A DNA stretch of 64,000 bases from Planctomycetota bacterium. Its GTDB lineage: Bacteria; Planctomycetota; UBA1135; UBA2386. Under the pieces are notes generated by a model. The model was not told the origin of the DNA and did not search any database. It saw only the letters and a program-made list of their open reading frames with translations. The stretch spans positions 5,760,001 through 5,824,000 of the forward strand of contig JBKAGP010000001.1 in the NCBI GenBank assembly GCA_046290465.1, in the 5' to 3' direction. Of this stretch, positions 22,801 through 32,000 are shown piece by piece (position 1 is the first letter of the stretch; each line of letters starts with the position of its first letter). The position numbers were made by a program, and so were the translations under genes.

Positions 22801-23778
22801 TCAGCGGATCAGGCGCGAGTAGCGGTAGTAGGCCTCGAGCGTCAGCGTGCGCAGCGCGGTCGTTTCGACCGAGCTGAAGCCCGGCACCGGCGGCCACATG
22901 TCGGCCGCGTCTGGCGCAAGGTCCTGCGTTCGGACCACGGTCTCGCCGAGCCGCCGCTGCCAGCGCTGCCATGCCTCGCCGCCGAACGGGAACAGCGCGA
23001 ACGAGGTCCAGAACGCCGCTTCCGGCCGCTCGGGGTCGGCCTCGGTCGCCAGCCGCATGGCGAGCTTCTGCAGCTCGGCCTCGGCGTCGTCGCCGAGGCG
23101 CTGCCGCACCAGCAGCAGTGCCGCCCGTTCTCCCGCGGTCGTGGCCGGGTGCGCACCGAACCACGGCAGCAGGTCGGTGGCCGAAGGCGCTTCGACGTCG
23201 AAGCCGAAGTGGCGCGCCGAGTCGCACGCGAGCGCGGCCCAGCAGCTCGCGAGCGGATCCGAAGGCGCGTCGGCCGTCGCGGGCCAGCCGCCGTCGTCGT
23301 TGCGCTGCGCCAGCAGCGCGTCGAGCGCGCGCCCGGCGATGCGGCGCATCGGCCCGCGATACTCCGACACGCCGAACGCCTCGACCAGCGTGTAGGCCGC
23401 GAGCGCCTGCTGCCGGATCGGATCGTCGGCGCTGACGTCGACCGAGCCGTCGTCCTGTTGGCGCTCGCGCAGCCAGCCGACGGCGCGGCGCAGCACGTCG
23501 CGGTCCGGGCCGGCCCGCATCGTGCTGCCGTCGCCGAGCTCGGCCAGCACCGCGAGGCAGGTCTCGCGCAGCCGCGGCTCGCCGTCGTCGTCGGCGAACG
23601 CACCGTCGCTGCGCTGGGTGCGGCGGAACCAGCTGTCCTGCCGCGGGAAGCATCTGTAGATCACGGGCGCCGGCTGGCCCGGTCGCGCTCGCTGCTCCGA
23701 GGTGGCCTGCTGCGGCGGCGGTGGGGGATCCGTCTGGCAGGCGGCCAGCAGTGCCAGCGGGACGAACGGGCGAAGCAT
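22801..23778 (-). CDS. Prenyltransferase/squalene-cyclase-like alpha-alpha barrel lipoprotein
   Basis: LLAAC lipobox; repeats RTQRSDG, WLRERQQDDG, AQRNDDGGW; ends TLEAYYRY. Confidence 0.75.
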   Translation of the reverse strand: MLRPFVPLALLAACQTDPPPPPQQATSEQRARPGQPAPVIYRCFPRQDSWFRRTQRSDGAFADDDGEPRLRETCLAVLAELGDGSTMRAGPDRDVLRRAVGWLRERQQDDGSVDVSADDPIRQQALAAYTLVEAFGVSEYRGPMRRIAGRALDALLAQRNDDGGWPATADAPSDPLASCWAALACDSARHFGFDVEAPSATDLLPWFGAHPATTAGERAALLLVRQRLGDDAEAELQKLAMRLATEADPERPEAAFWTSFALFPFGGEAWQRWQRRLGETVVRTQDLAPDAADMWPPVPGFSSVETTALRTLTLEAYYRYSRLIR

Positions 23779-23821
23779 GCGCGCAGCAACGTAGCGCAAG
23801 GCTCTGGGTTCAGCGGCGAAA

Positions 23822-25705
23822 TCAGCCGATCTCGAATGCGCTGCGGTAGCAGCCGTGCGCCTGCAGGTGGTCGACCAGCGCGCACAGGCCCGCGTCGCTG
23901 GCGATCGTCGCGCTGTCGCCGACCACGGTCAGGTGGCGGCGCGCGCGCGTCAGGGCGACGTTGAGGCGGCGCAGCTCGGCGAGGAAGCCGACCTCGCCGC
24001 GGTCGTTGCTGCGCACCAGCGAGACCACACAGGCTTCCTTCTCACGGCCCTGCAGGCCGTCGACGGTGCCGATCTCGAGGTCCGGGTCGGGCAGCCGTTC
24101 GCGCAGGCGCTGCACCTGCGCGTTGTACGGCGTGATCACGGCGACGTCGCGAGCGGCGACGCCCGCATCGAGCAGGTCCTGCACGATGCGCACCACCAGT
24201 TCGGCCTCGCCGGGGTTGTGCCGGGAGGCCTCGTCCTGCTCGGCGGTCTCCTCGTGGCCGCAGCCGGCGGTGTCGACGAAGCACAGCGGCTCGTCGGTCC
24301 ACTCGTTGGTGGTGACGCCGTCGAGGTCGACCAGGCGATGGCTCGCGACCGACGGCGCGGCGGCGAGGCGGCCGTCGTAGAACGTGGCCGACGACCAGCC
24401 CATGATGCGTTCGTGCATGCGGTACTGCACGGTCAGCATGCGGCCGGCGGCGGCGGTGCCCGGCTGCTCGGCGAGCCGTTCGAACAGCGTGCGCGACAGG
24501 CCGTCGCGGTCGGCCTGCGGCGACAGGATCGTCGGCGGCAGCTGGTGGTGGTCGCCGGCGAGCACGACGCGGTCGGCGTGGCGCATCGGGATCCAGCAGG
24601 CCGCCTCGAGCGCCTGCGCCGCCTCGTCGATGATCACGCGGTCGAAGCTGCGCTCGCCGATGCCGGCCTCGGACGCGCCCGTGGTCGTCGCCAGCACGAC
24701 GTCGGCGCCGTCGACGATGCCGCGCGTGATCGCGCGCTCGAGCTGGCGGCGTTCGCCGCGCAGCTGCCGCAGCTGGTCGCGCGCCGCGAACCGCTCTTGG
24801 CGACCGCTGGCCCGCTGCATCGCGCGCAGCGCCTGGTCGAGGTCGCGCCGGTTGTCGCGCAGCACCTTCTGGTCGGGCGAGCCGGCGACCAGCTGCGCCA
24901 GCGAGACGTCGCGCGCGCCCTGCTGCATGCGCGCCGGGTGCCCGAGGCGAACGACGCGCACGCCGGCTGCGGCCAGCCGTTCGGTCAGGTTGTCGACCGC
25001 CACGTTCGACGGCGCGCACGCGAGCAGCCGTTCGCCGGCGGCGACCGCCTGCCGGCACAGTTCGACCAACGCGGTGGTCTTGCCGGTGCCGGGCGGGCCG
25101 TGGATCCGGGCGACACGAGGCGCCGACAGCGCGGCGGCGATCGCGTCGCGCTGCGAGGCGTCGAGGCCGTCGTCGAACCAGGTCGAGATCGGGGCCGGCG
25201 GTTCGGGTTCGTCGTCCCGTTCGCCGAACAGCACGTCGACGAAGCGGGCGCGGCTACGGTCGGGGTCGCGCGCCAGCTGTTGCAGCGCCTGGTCGAGGCG
25301 GCGGTAGGTCACGTCGGTCGAGACGCGGTCGACTCGCACCACCGGCGGCAGGTCGGCTTCGTCGTCCTCGAGCGCGCAGACGACCTCGCCGCGGCGTACC
25401 CGGACGACGACGGCGCCGATCCGTTCGCGGTCGTCGCGGTCCCTGCGCAGCGCGACGACGTCGCCGGGGCCGAAGCGGTGCGGTGGCAGCTCGCCGCCGC
25501 GGGACGGCCTGAGCACGGCGTGCAGTCGGCCGCCGAAGCCGGGCTCGAGATCCTGGATCTCGAGCCGCAGCAGCGTCGCGCCGCGGGCGACCAGTTCGGC
25601 GTCGGTGCAGGTCTGCAGCAGCCGTTCGCTCTCGGCGATCTCGGCGTCGCGCTCGAGCTGTAGCAGCTGGCGGTGGTGGGCGGCGAACTCGGCGCGGGTC
25701 GGCAT
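23822..25705 (-). CDS. Superfamily 1 Upf1/IGHMBP2-like helicase
   Basis: HGPPGTGKT, APSNVAVDNL, IDEAAQ, GDHHQLPP, QYRM, ITPYNAQ, TVDGLQGREKE, RLNVALTRAR; real start ATG 25705. Confidence 0.95.
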   Translation of the reverse strand: MPTRAEFAAHHRQLLQLERDAEIAESERLLQTCTDAELVARGATLLRLEIQDLEPGFGGRLHAVLRPSRGGELPPHRFGPGDVVALRRDRDDRERIGAVVVRVRRGEVVCALEDDEADLPPVVRVDRVSTDVTYRRLDQALQQLARDPDRSRARFVDVLFGERDDEPEPPAPISTWFDDGLDASQRDAIAAALSAPRVARIHGPPGTGKTTALVELCRQAVAAGERLLACAPSNVAVDNLTERLAAAGVRVVRLGHPARMQQGARDVSLAQLVAGSPDQKVLRDNRRDLDQALRAMQRASGRQERFAARDQLRQLRGERRQLERAITRGIVDGADVVLATTTGASEAGIGERSFDRVIIDEAAQALEAACWIPMRHADRVVLAGDHHQLPPTILSPQADRDGLSRTLFERLAEQPGTAAAGRMLTVQYRMHERIMGWSSATFYDGRLAAAPSVASHRLVDLDGVTTNEWTDEPLCFVDTAGCGHEETAEQDEASRHNPGEAELVVRIVQDLLDAGVAARDVAVITPYNAQVQRLRERLPDPDLEIGTVDGLQGREKEACVVSLVRSNDRGEVGFLAELRRLNVALTRARRHLTVVGDSATIASDAGLCALVDHLQAHGCYRSAFEIG

Positions 25706-25710
25706 GCGCG

Positions 25711-27576
25711 CTACTGCTTCGTCGGCACCGTGATGGTGACCGGCGTCTCGTCGGCCTGGATGCGGAAGTCGGCCGACTGCGCCTTGCCCGCTCGAAACCG
25801 CGCCTCGTAGCTGATGCCCGGCAGATCGAGGAACGCGCAGTGGAACGTGCCGTTCGCGTCGGTGCGCACGCTGTCGATCCAGCTCCAGTTGAGGCTGTTG
25901 GCGACCGACTCGAGGCCCTTGTCGCGTGCGCCGCCACCCGCCCACGTCGAGCTGTGGCAGTCGAGCCGGGCGCCGACGACCGGCTTGCCGTTCTGGTCGA
26001 CCACCTTGCCGCGCATCGCCGGCATCGGCTGCATGCGCAGTTCGCGGCTCTCGTCGCCGTCGAGGTCGAGATCGAGGTGCACCATGTTGCGCTCGTTGCG
26101 GCCGAACACGAACCACTTGCCGGGCTGCAGCAGCAGCGCGACGCGGCCGGCGCTGTCGGTGGTGGTCGACGTCGTCCACGCGTCGCAGCTGTAGTTGCTG
26201 TCCGCTTCGCGGCTGACGAACAGCAGCTCGACGTCGTTGGCCGGGCCGCCGGTGTCGTCGAGCAGCTGCAGCTGCACGGTCCGCAGGGCGCCGACCGCGA
26301 ACTCGAGCTTCTGTCCGTCGAACTTGCGGATGCTGTGCAGCGCGGCGGCGCGGAACGGCGTGCGGCGCTGCAGCTCGGGTTCGACCAAGGTCGCCGTCAG
26401 CGGGTCTCCGACCAGCACCACGTCGACCTCGTCGACCGCACCCTGCAGCTGCGGCACCCGGAATCGCCCGTCGGCGTCGGTGCGCACCGTGTAGAGCAGG
26501 TTCTCGTTCTGCCAGCCGTTGTGCTTGATGTCCTGGATGCGGATGCCGAGGCGCACGCCGACCCGCTGGCCGGCGAGGCCGCGCTGTTCGTCGAGCATCA
26601 GCCTGCCGACCATCGGTTCGGCCGCGGGCATCGTGAACGTCAGCTCCTTCAGCCCTTCGCGTTCGACCTCCTTGCCGTCGAGGAACGGCTTGTCGGTGAA
26701 GCCGGAGTGGGTCGACTTGTGGCCTTCCTTCTCGGCGACGAACAGCAGCCGGTTCCAGCCGGTGCCCTGGAACGGGTCGCGCGCCGTCGGCACGCGCGCG
26801 GCGAGTCGGCCGTCGGCGTCGGTCGCGCCGAGATCGCGCCAGACGTGGCGCGCCGGCAGCGAGACGCCGTGGTTGGTGTAGCCCGAGTAGCCGCCGTCGA
26901 TGCGTTGCCGGATGCGGGCGCCCGCGACCGGCTTGCCGGCGCCGTCGACCGCGCGCAGCGGCACCTGGTGGGGCGCGCGCACGGTCACGGTGGCGGTGGC
27001 CTGCAACGTGCTGTAGGCGCGGCCACCGAGCGGCTGGCCGTCCTTGTCGACGACCTCGAGGTGGACCCGACCGGCCGGCATCGGCGGCAGCTCGCAGGTC
27101 GCGTCCTCGCCGATCTCCACCTCGCTGCCGGTCAGTTCGACCGAGTGCGGCACCAGCCGCAGCCGGAACGGCCGCAGGTCCTGCCACGCCTCGAGGCCCT
27201 TGATGGTCGCCTTGCAGACCGGCCGCGGCTGGTCGGCGCGCAGTTCGACCAGCCGGCCGCTGGTGGTCCAGGTCGTGCTGCTGCAGACGCGCTGGTCGCC
27301 GTCGGGGCCGATCGCCCAGACCAGGTGCAGCGTGCACGGCCGGATGCTGGCGCGGAAGCGGCCGCGTGCGTCGGTCTTGACGACCTCGTGCGCGGCGGCG
27401 CGGTGGCGGCCGTCGGTGATGTCGGGCAGCACGCAGTGCACCTCGGCGCCTTCGATCGGTTGGCCGTCCGCGTCGACGACCTTGCCGAGCAGCGGGCGCA
27501 GCTGCTGGGCGTGCGCGGTGGCGACGCTGAGCGTCAGCGCGGCGAGCAGGAGCGACGCGGAGGAGGCGGTTGGCAT
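25711..27576 (-). CDS. Exported protein with carboxypeptidase-regulatory-like beta-sandwich repeats
   Basis: Signal peptide ...AHAQ; repeated GKVVDADGQPIEGAEV...TDARGRF units. Confidence 0.8.
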   Translation of the reverse strand: MPTASSASLLLAALTLSVATAHAQQLRPLLGKVVDADGQPIEGAEVHCVLPDITDGRHRAAAHEVVKTDARGRFRASIRPCTLHLVWAIGPDGDQRVCSSTTWTTSGRLVELRADQPRPVCKATIKGLEAWQDLRPFRLRLVPHSVELTGSEVEIGEDATCELPPMPAGRVHLEVVDKDGQPLGGRAYSTLQATATVTVRAPHQVPLRAVDGAGKPVAGARIRQRIDGGYSGYTNHGVSLPARHVWRDLGATDADGRLAARVPTARDPFQGTGWNRLLFVAEKEGHKSTHSGFTDKPFLDGKEVEREGLKELTFTMPAAEPMVGRLMLDEQRGLAGQRVGVRLGIRIQDIKHNGWQNENLLYTVRTDADGRFRVPQLQGAVDEVDVVLVGDPLTATLVEPELQRRTPFRAAALHSIRKFDGQKLEFAVGALRTVQLQLLDDTGGPANDVELLFVSREADSNYSCDAWTTSTTTDSAGRVALLLQPGKWFVFGRNERNMVHLDLDLDGDESRELRMQPMPAMRGKVVDQNGKPVVGARLDCHSSTWAGGGARDKGLESVANSLNWSWIDSVRTDANGTFHCAFLDLPGISYEARFRAGKAQSADFRIQADETPVTITVPTKQ

Positions 27577-27649
27577 GGGCGCGATCTTGAGCCGCACCGC
27601 CGATCGCCGCAAGGTCGGCCGGGCAGGATGCCGGATCGATGGGGCGTGC

Positions 27650-28275
27650 GGGTGTCAGGCCAGGCAAGTGGTTGCAGGCGAAGCCGCGTCGCCACAACCG
27701 GCGCAGTAGCACGGTGAGGATTCTTGCGCCGGCAGTCACGGCCCTTCTTGCGGCTGGTCCGCCGGGCGCTGCGGGTCACACGTCGAAGCGCTGCAGGTCA
27801 CTGTCCCTGCCGAGCGACCGGGGATGCTCGGGGCACAATGGAGCATGGTCGTCGCAGGTAGCCGTCGCCGGACTTGCAGATCCCTGCTAGGGATGAGTGC
27901 CAGGTAGCCGCTTGCGCCTGCTTGCCGCGATGGCGCGCGCGTCCGAGCAAATCGGGCATGCCGTGCTCAGCCTGGCCAGCACCTCGGCGTCCAGGCGATC
28001 CGGCTTCCTCGGATGCTGCGAGATCAGCTGCACGCGGCGCGGATGGCTGGTCGAAGCCGCCAACGGCCAGGTGTCGGGCTTCCAGGCTGATTGCGTGCGC
28101 CTCCGCCATGCTGCGAGACCTCCGCCGAGGCCTTCGCGATCGGTCGGACAGGCGCCTTGCTCTGCGACTGCATCCACATCGAGGGGCAGTAGTGAACTCG
28201 GGGTCGCCGGTGTCCAGGCCGATGGTCACGCCGGTGGACCAGTGGACACGCCGAGTCGAGGGGCGGTCGTGCTCC
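27650..28275 (-). mobile_element. IS110-family transposase relic, frameshifted and internally deleted
   Basis: Collinear fragments in shifting frames: VTIGLDTGD; ISLE; RRVQLISQHPRKPDRLDAEVLARL; PDLLGRARHRGKQAQA; GICKSGDGYLRR; GRDSDLQRF; AVTAGARILTVLLRRLWRRG. Confidence 0.85.
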
Positions 28276-28284
28276 AGTTGATGT

Positions 28285-29967
28285 TCAGCCTCCATTGTGG
28301 AGAGGCTGCGCAGGAGCGACCGACCCCCTGATCCGGTTTCCGTCGAGTCGGCGCAGCCGTGCCGCGACGACGAAGTGGTCCATCGATCCCGGGCCGGGCG
28401 CCACGTGCAGCAGGTGCCACGCCTCGGTCTCGAGGACGGCGGTTCCTCGGACGCGATGCCGAACCGGTGCCGAGGCCTCGTGACCGGCGGAGCCTTCCGG
28501 CCACCTCGTGTGCTCCAGCACCGTCTCGATCTTCAGGTGGTGCTCGTCGACACAGGCGATGCGCGCCCGGACGGCGAGGCCGTCTCGGTTTTCGCCTGGG
28601 CTCATGGCCTTCGCCCTGTCGGTGGGGCCCGGGGAGTCTCGGTGCACGCCTGCATCGAGCGAGAAGCCGCGGTGCGGACCGACGATCGCAAGGCACGCGT
28701 GGTTCAGGAGCTTCTCGAGGTCGTCCGGCTTGTCGGCCAGCGCAGCCCATGACCGCTCTCCGGCGATGGTCCCGAATCGTAGCTCGAGCGAGTACTGGCG
28801 TTGCTGGTGCCGAGCCAGGGCGTCCACCATGCCTCGAATGCGAGTCATTGCATCCGTGTCGCAGCGCGCGAGCAACAGACCGTTCTGGTAGCTCATGGTG
28901 AACGGGCTACCGTCCCACTTGTCTGGTTCGATCGTCGAAGTGAGCAGGTCGATGAGTCGCGACTCGTCGATGACCGGCGCGGCTGAATCCTTTTCGATCT
29001 CCGGGAACAGCGGCGCATCGTCGACCCCGGAGCGAGGAACCGGACGAGCGGCACCGGGCATGTTCGCAACGAGTGCGCCGACCGGGAGCACCAGACGGCC
29101 CAGATCACCGATTGCCGTCGATTCCTCAATCGGAGAGGGTGCGATCCAGGCTTCGACCGGCGCAAGTCGCCGCAGGCGCAGGCAGATTGCGTGCCCGCCG
29201 GCCGTGTTGGCTCCGACCAGCAAGCCCTGGCCGTTATTGAGGATGCCCGAGGCACGGACCGCTCCGGACCCGGTTCGTGCCGCCAGGGCAACCAGCAGCT
29301 TGCCATCGTGGGTCCGATTCGCGCGCACCTCCCAAGCCGAATCGGCGGCCTCTTCGCCGGCCTGCCGACGTGCTCCGGACTCGAGACAGATGGGGCATCC
29401 GATCGCGCCTCGACCGAACCACATTCGTCGCGGCTGTGACGCCTGCAGCAACGCGTCGAATCGTGTTCCGTCGAGGACAGGCTGCCGTCCTGCCACAGCG
29501 CCTCCAGGCAGCTCGTAGACCTCGATGAGGACCTGCTCCATCGCGAAACCACGCATCCGATCGAGCACGCTGGCGACCATTTCGTGCATCTCGGGATTGC
29601 AGGTCACCATCAGCAGCCTCGACTCGTCGGTGCGGATTTCGACGCCTTCCTCGAGCCAATAGGTGTAGTCGGTCAGGTGCTGCAGATTGTCGACGAGATC
29701 CGCGAGTTCGATTCCGGCGATCGGATCGTCTCCGGCTTCGGACTTGCGTGGCAGGCCTCTGGCCGCCTCGGAAGCCGGGTCGACTCGGCCATCGAGCGAC
29801 GGAAGGTCGCGGATCTCGTAGGGCGCGAACTCGATGTCGCCCCAGGCGAGCGCCTGAACGTCGTAGATGCGCGTCGACAAGCCGCGCTGCGCGGCGATCG
29901 GCAGGGCGAGCAGGCAGATTGCTGCCCAGACGGCGGCGACGGGCGCCACGGAACTCGATGTGGTCAT
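28285..29967 (-). CDS. Exported protein with two tandem, reduced secretin-like modules
   Basis: Signal peptide; TRIYDVQAL; two N3-like units (LLMVTCNPEMHEMVASVLDRMR...QVLIEV and LLLARCDTDAMTRIRGMVDALAR...QYSLEL). Confidence 0.6.
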   Translation of the reverse strand: MTTSSSVAPVAAVWAAICLLALPIAAQRGLSTRIYDVQALAWGDIEFAPYEIRDLPSLDGRVDPASEAARGLPRKSEAGDDPIAGIELADLVDNLQHLTDYTYWLEEGVEIRTDESRLLMVTCNPEMHEMVASVLDRMRGFAMEQVLIEVYELPGGAVAGRQPVLDGTRFDALLQASQPRRMWFGRGAIGCPICLESGARRQAGEEAADSAWEVRANRTHDGKLLVALAARTGSGAVRASGILNNGQGLLVGANTAGGHAICLRLRRLAPVEAWIAPSPIEESTAIGDLGRLVLPVGALVANMPGAARPVPRSGVDDAPLFPEIEKDSAAPVIDESRLIDLLTSTIEPDKWDGSPFTMSYQNGLLLARCDTDAMTRIRGMVDALARHQQRQYSLELRFGTIAGERSWAALADKPDDLEKLLNHACLAIVGPHRGFSLDAGVHRDSPGPTDRAKAMSPGENRDGLAVRARIACVDEHHLKIETVLEHTRWPEGSAGHEASAPVRHRVRGTAVLETEAWHLLHVAPGPGSMDHFVVAARLRRLDGNRIRGSVAPAQPLHNGG

Positions 29968-29989
29968 GGTTCGTCTCGGGTTCTCGGTA

Positions 29990-31792
29990 TCAGCGCAGCA
30001 AGGCAGTTCGCGCGACCCGAAGGCCCATCAGGCTCGAGGTGTTGGTTTCGGAAACCTGGGCGCGCGCAGCACTACGAAGGGAGCTCTTGCGGTGCCGATT
30101 GAGCAGCAGGCATCCAGCGTTGCCACCGCGCACGACGCGGTGCTTGTTGCCGTCTTCTTCGAAGGCAATCTGTCCGAGGTGGCTCGGGCTCTGTTCGGCG
30201 TAACTGTCCTGGCACAGTTCGTCGACGTTGCCGTGCATGTCGAACAGGCCCCATGGATTCGGTGATCGAATCCCGCAGCGGATCGGCTTCACGTTGCGTG
30301 CCTTCGGGTCGGTCCGGAAGGCCGCCTGCTGCTTGTTGAGGGTGCGTCCGAACGCGTACGGCGTCGTCGTGCCCGCCCTGCAGGCGTACTCCCATTCTGC
30401 CTCGCTAGGTAGCCGCAGGCCGTGCCCGACCTTGTCGAGGAACTTCTGCGCCGAGCGCCAACTGACCTTGGTCTTCGGAAGGCTGCCCTTCTTGCCGGCG
30501 ATCGGCTTGTTCGACATCACCTGCGACCATTGCGAGGCTGTCAGCTCCGTCTCCGCGAGGTAGAAGGCGCTCTCGATCAAGCGCGTGTGCAGGTGCTCGT
30601 TGCTATACCTGCCCGCTTCGTTGGCCGGAGATCCCATCTGGAACGATCCACCCGGCACCAGGACCATGGTGATGCCACTGCGGCGCTCGCGGACTCGCCA
30701 CGGCAGGCCCGAGTCGGCGATTCGTGCCAGGATCGCCTTGTCCTTGACCCGTGCCGGGTCGGGCTGGATCCGCAGGATGTCGGCCCAGACATCGATCGCG
30801 GCCAGTAGCTCCGCGTTGGTCGAGGCTTCCGCTTCTTCGACGTCGTTGTCGAGCGGTATCGGCTCGGGCGCGGGCCGACCGGGGCTTCCCATTCGTGGGC
30901 TTGCCTGACGCGGCCCCGTCGCTCGTTCGTCGAGCCTCCGCAATGGAATGTCGCCACCGGAGTCGCCGTCCCAGATGGACTTCGGCTTCTGCCGGTTCTG
31001 GCTCTGGCGCTTGACGCAGTGGTAGGTGTAGCGCGCCAGTTCGCGGAAGGTGATCCACTTGTCGTCGTTGCTCTCGGCATCTCCGCCCAGACCGAGCAGC
31101 AGGTAGTGCGTGAACAGGCCGTTGCGGATCGGCTGCTGGTGGTGATCCAGCGTCCCGGGCGTCGGTTCGAACGACAGCGTGCCGGGGGCGGTGGAGAACA
31201 GGATGCCCATGCCCTCGGCCTCGAACTGGTCGAGTTCGAATCGGTCGACGTTCGTGTTGCGCGACGGCACATTGCGGCAGGCATCTACGATCAGCATCTT
31301 CTGGCGCGCTTTGCTGAGAGCCATCAGGCGGCGCACGCTGTCGAGGTCGAGTCCGGTGATCGAGAGTCTGTCGGGATCCGTGAACTTCGTGCAGAAAAAC
31401 GGGGCCCCGCCCGGCTCCGAGAAGCCGTGCCCCGAGAGGTAGACCAGCAAGACGTCCTCCGGATCCGCATTGGCGCACATGCGGCGCACCTCGGACAGGA
31501 TCGAGTCCGCGTGGTTCGGTGACCGACGCGTGTCGCTGCGCATTTCGCTAACGGAGAACCCGAGGGTCTTTAAGGTGGCTGCGAGGTCCGCTGCGTCCTT
31601 CTCCGCGAATTGCAGCTCGGTCAGGTGTTCGTAGCGGTCCACTCCGACGACGACCGCGAAGCAGCTGCGGCCGTCTCCACGTTGCTCGCGTGGTACGACC
31701 ATGATGTCCTTGGTGGCCGGGGCCTGGGCATGGGTGGAGAATGCGAGCAGCAGCAGCAGCAGCGCGTTGGAGATCGCTCGAATCGGCAGCAT
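29990..31792 (-). CDS. Exported caspase-family (peptidase C14) protease fused to FGE-sulfatase/SUMF1 domain
   Basis: Signal peptide ...THAQ; VGVDRY, YLSGHG, IVDACRN, NGLFTHYL; then GGSFQMGS, RLPSEAEWEYACRAG, NPWGLFDMHGNV, GLRVAR. Confidence 0.93.
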   Translation of the reverse strand: MLPIRAISNALLLLLLAFSTHAQAPATKDIMVVPREQRGDGRSCFAVVVGVDRYEHLTELQFAEKDAADLAATLKTLGFSVSEMRSDTRRSPNHADSILSEVRRMCANADPEDVLLVYLSGHGFSEPGGAPFFCTKFTDPDRLSITGLDLDSVRRLMALSKARQKMLIVDACRNVPSRNTNVDRFELDQFEAEGMGILFSTAPGTLSFEPTPGTLDHHQQPIRNGLFTHYLLLGLGGDAESNDDKWITFRELARYTYHCVKRQSQNRQKPKSIWDGDSGGDIPLRRLDERATGPRQASPRMGSPGRPAPEPIPLDNDVEEAEASTNAELLAAIDVWADILRIQPDPARVKDKAILARIADSGLPWRVRERRSGITMVLVPGGSFQMGSPANEAGRYSNEHLHTRLIESAFYLAETELTASQWSQVMSNKPIAGKKGSLPKTKVSWRSAQKFLDKVGHGLRLPSEAEWEYACRAGTTTPYAFGRTLNKQQAAFRTDPKARNVKPIRCGIRSPNPWGLFDMHGNVDELCQDSYAEQSPSHLGQIAFEEDGNKHRVVRGGNAGCLLLNRHRKSSLRSAARAQVSETNTSSLMGLRVARTALLR

Positions 31793-32000
31793 GACTATCC
31801 TCGGAGTGCATCAAATCCCGGGATGCGAAGGCGTTCAACCTGTCGAAGGACCATTCGCCCCCAGCGGTCGCGATGTTCTGCGGACCGGGAGTGGGCGCTC
31901 GGGCGGGCGGCCCCACCGTTTTCCCGATCGTGGTCGGAGAGCCATCGGTAACGTGAGAATGGCCGCCCGTTTCGTTCGTCCGGTCCGCAGCCAGGTCGTC

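Noticed and set aside
23822..25705. Upf1-like helicase as an anti-phage defence gene
   Set aside because: Host-like codon usage, no fused nuclease and no defence partners adjacent
23822..27739. Apparent 1305-aa giant helicase fusion
   Set aside because: The real helicase starts at 25705. The upstream part is an off-frame read through the 25711-27576 gene and the IS110 relic.
29990..30150. FGE-sulfatase C-terminus as a diversity-generating retroelement target
   Set aside because: The sequence after RVVRGG is atypical, but no template repeat or reverse transcriptase is visible in the window
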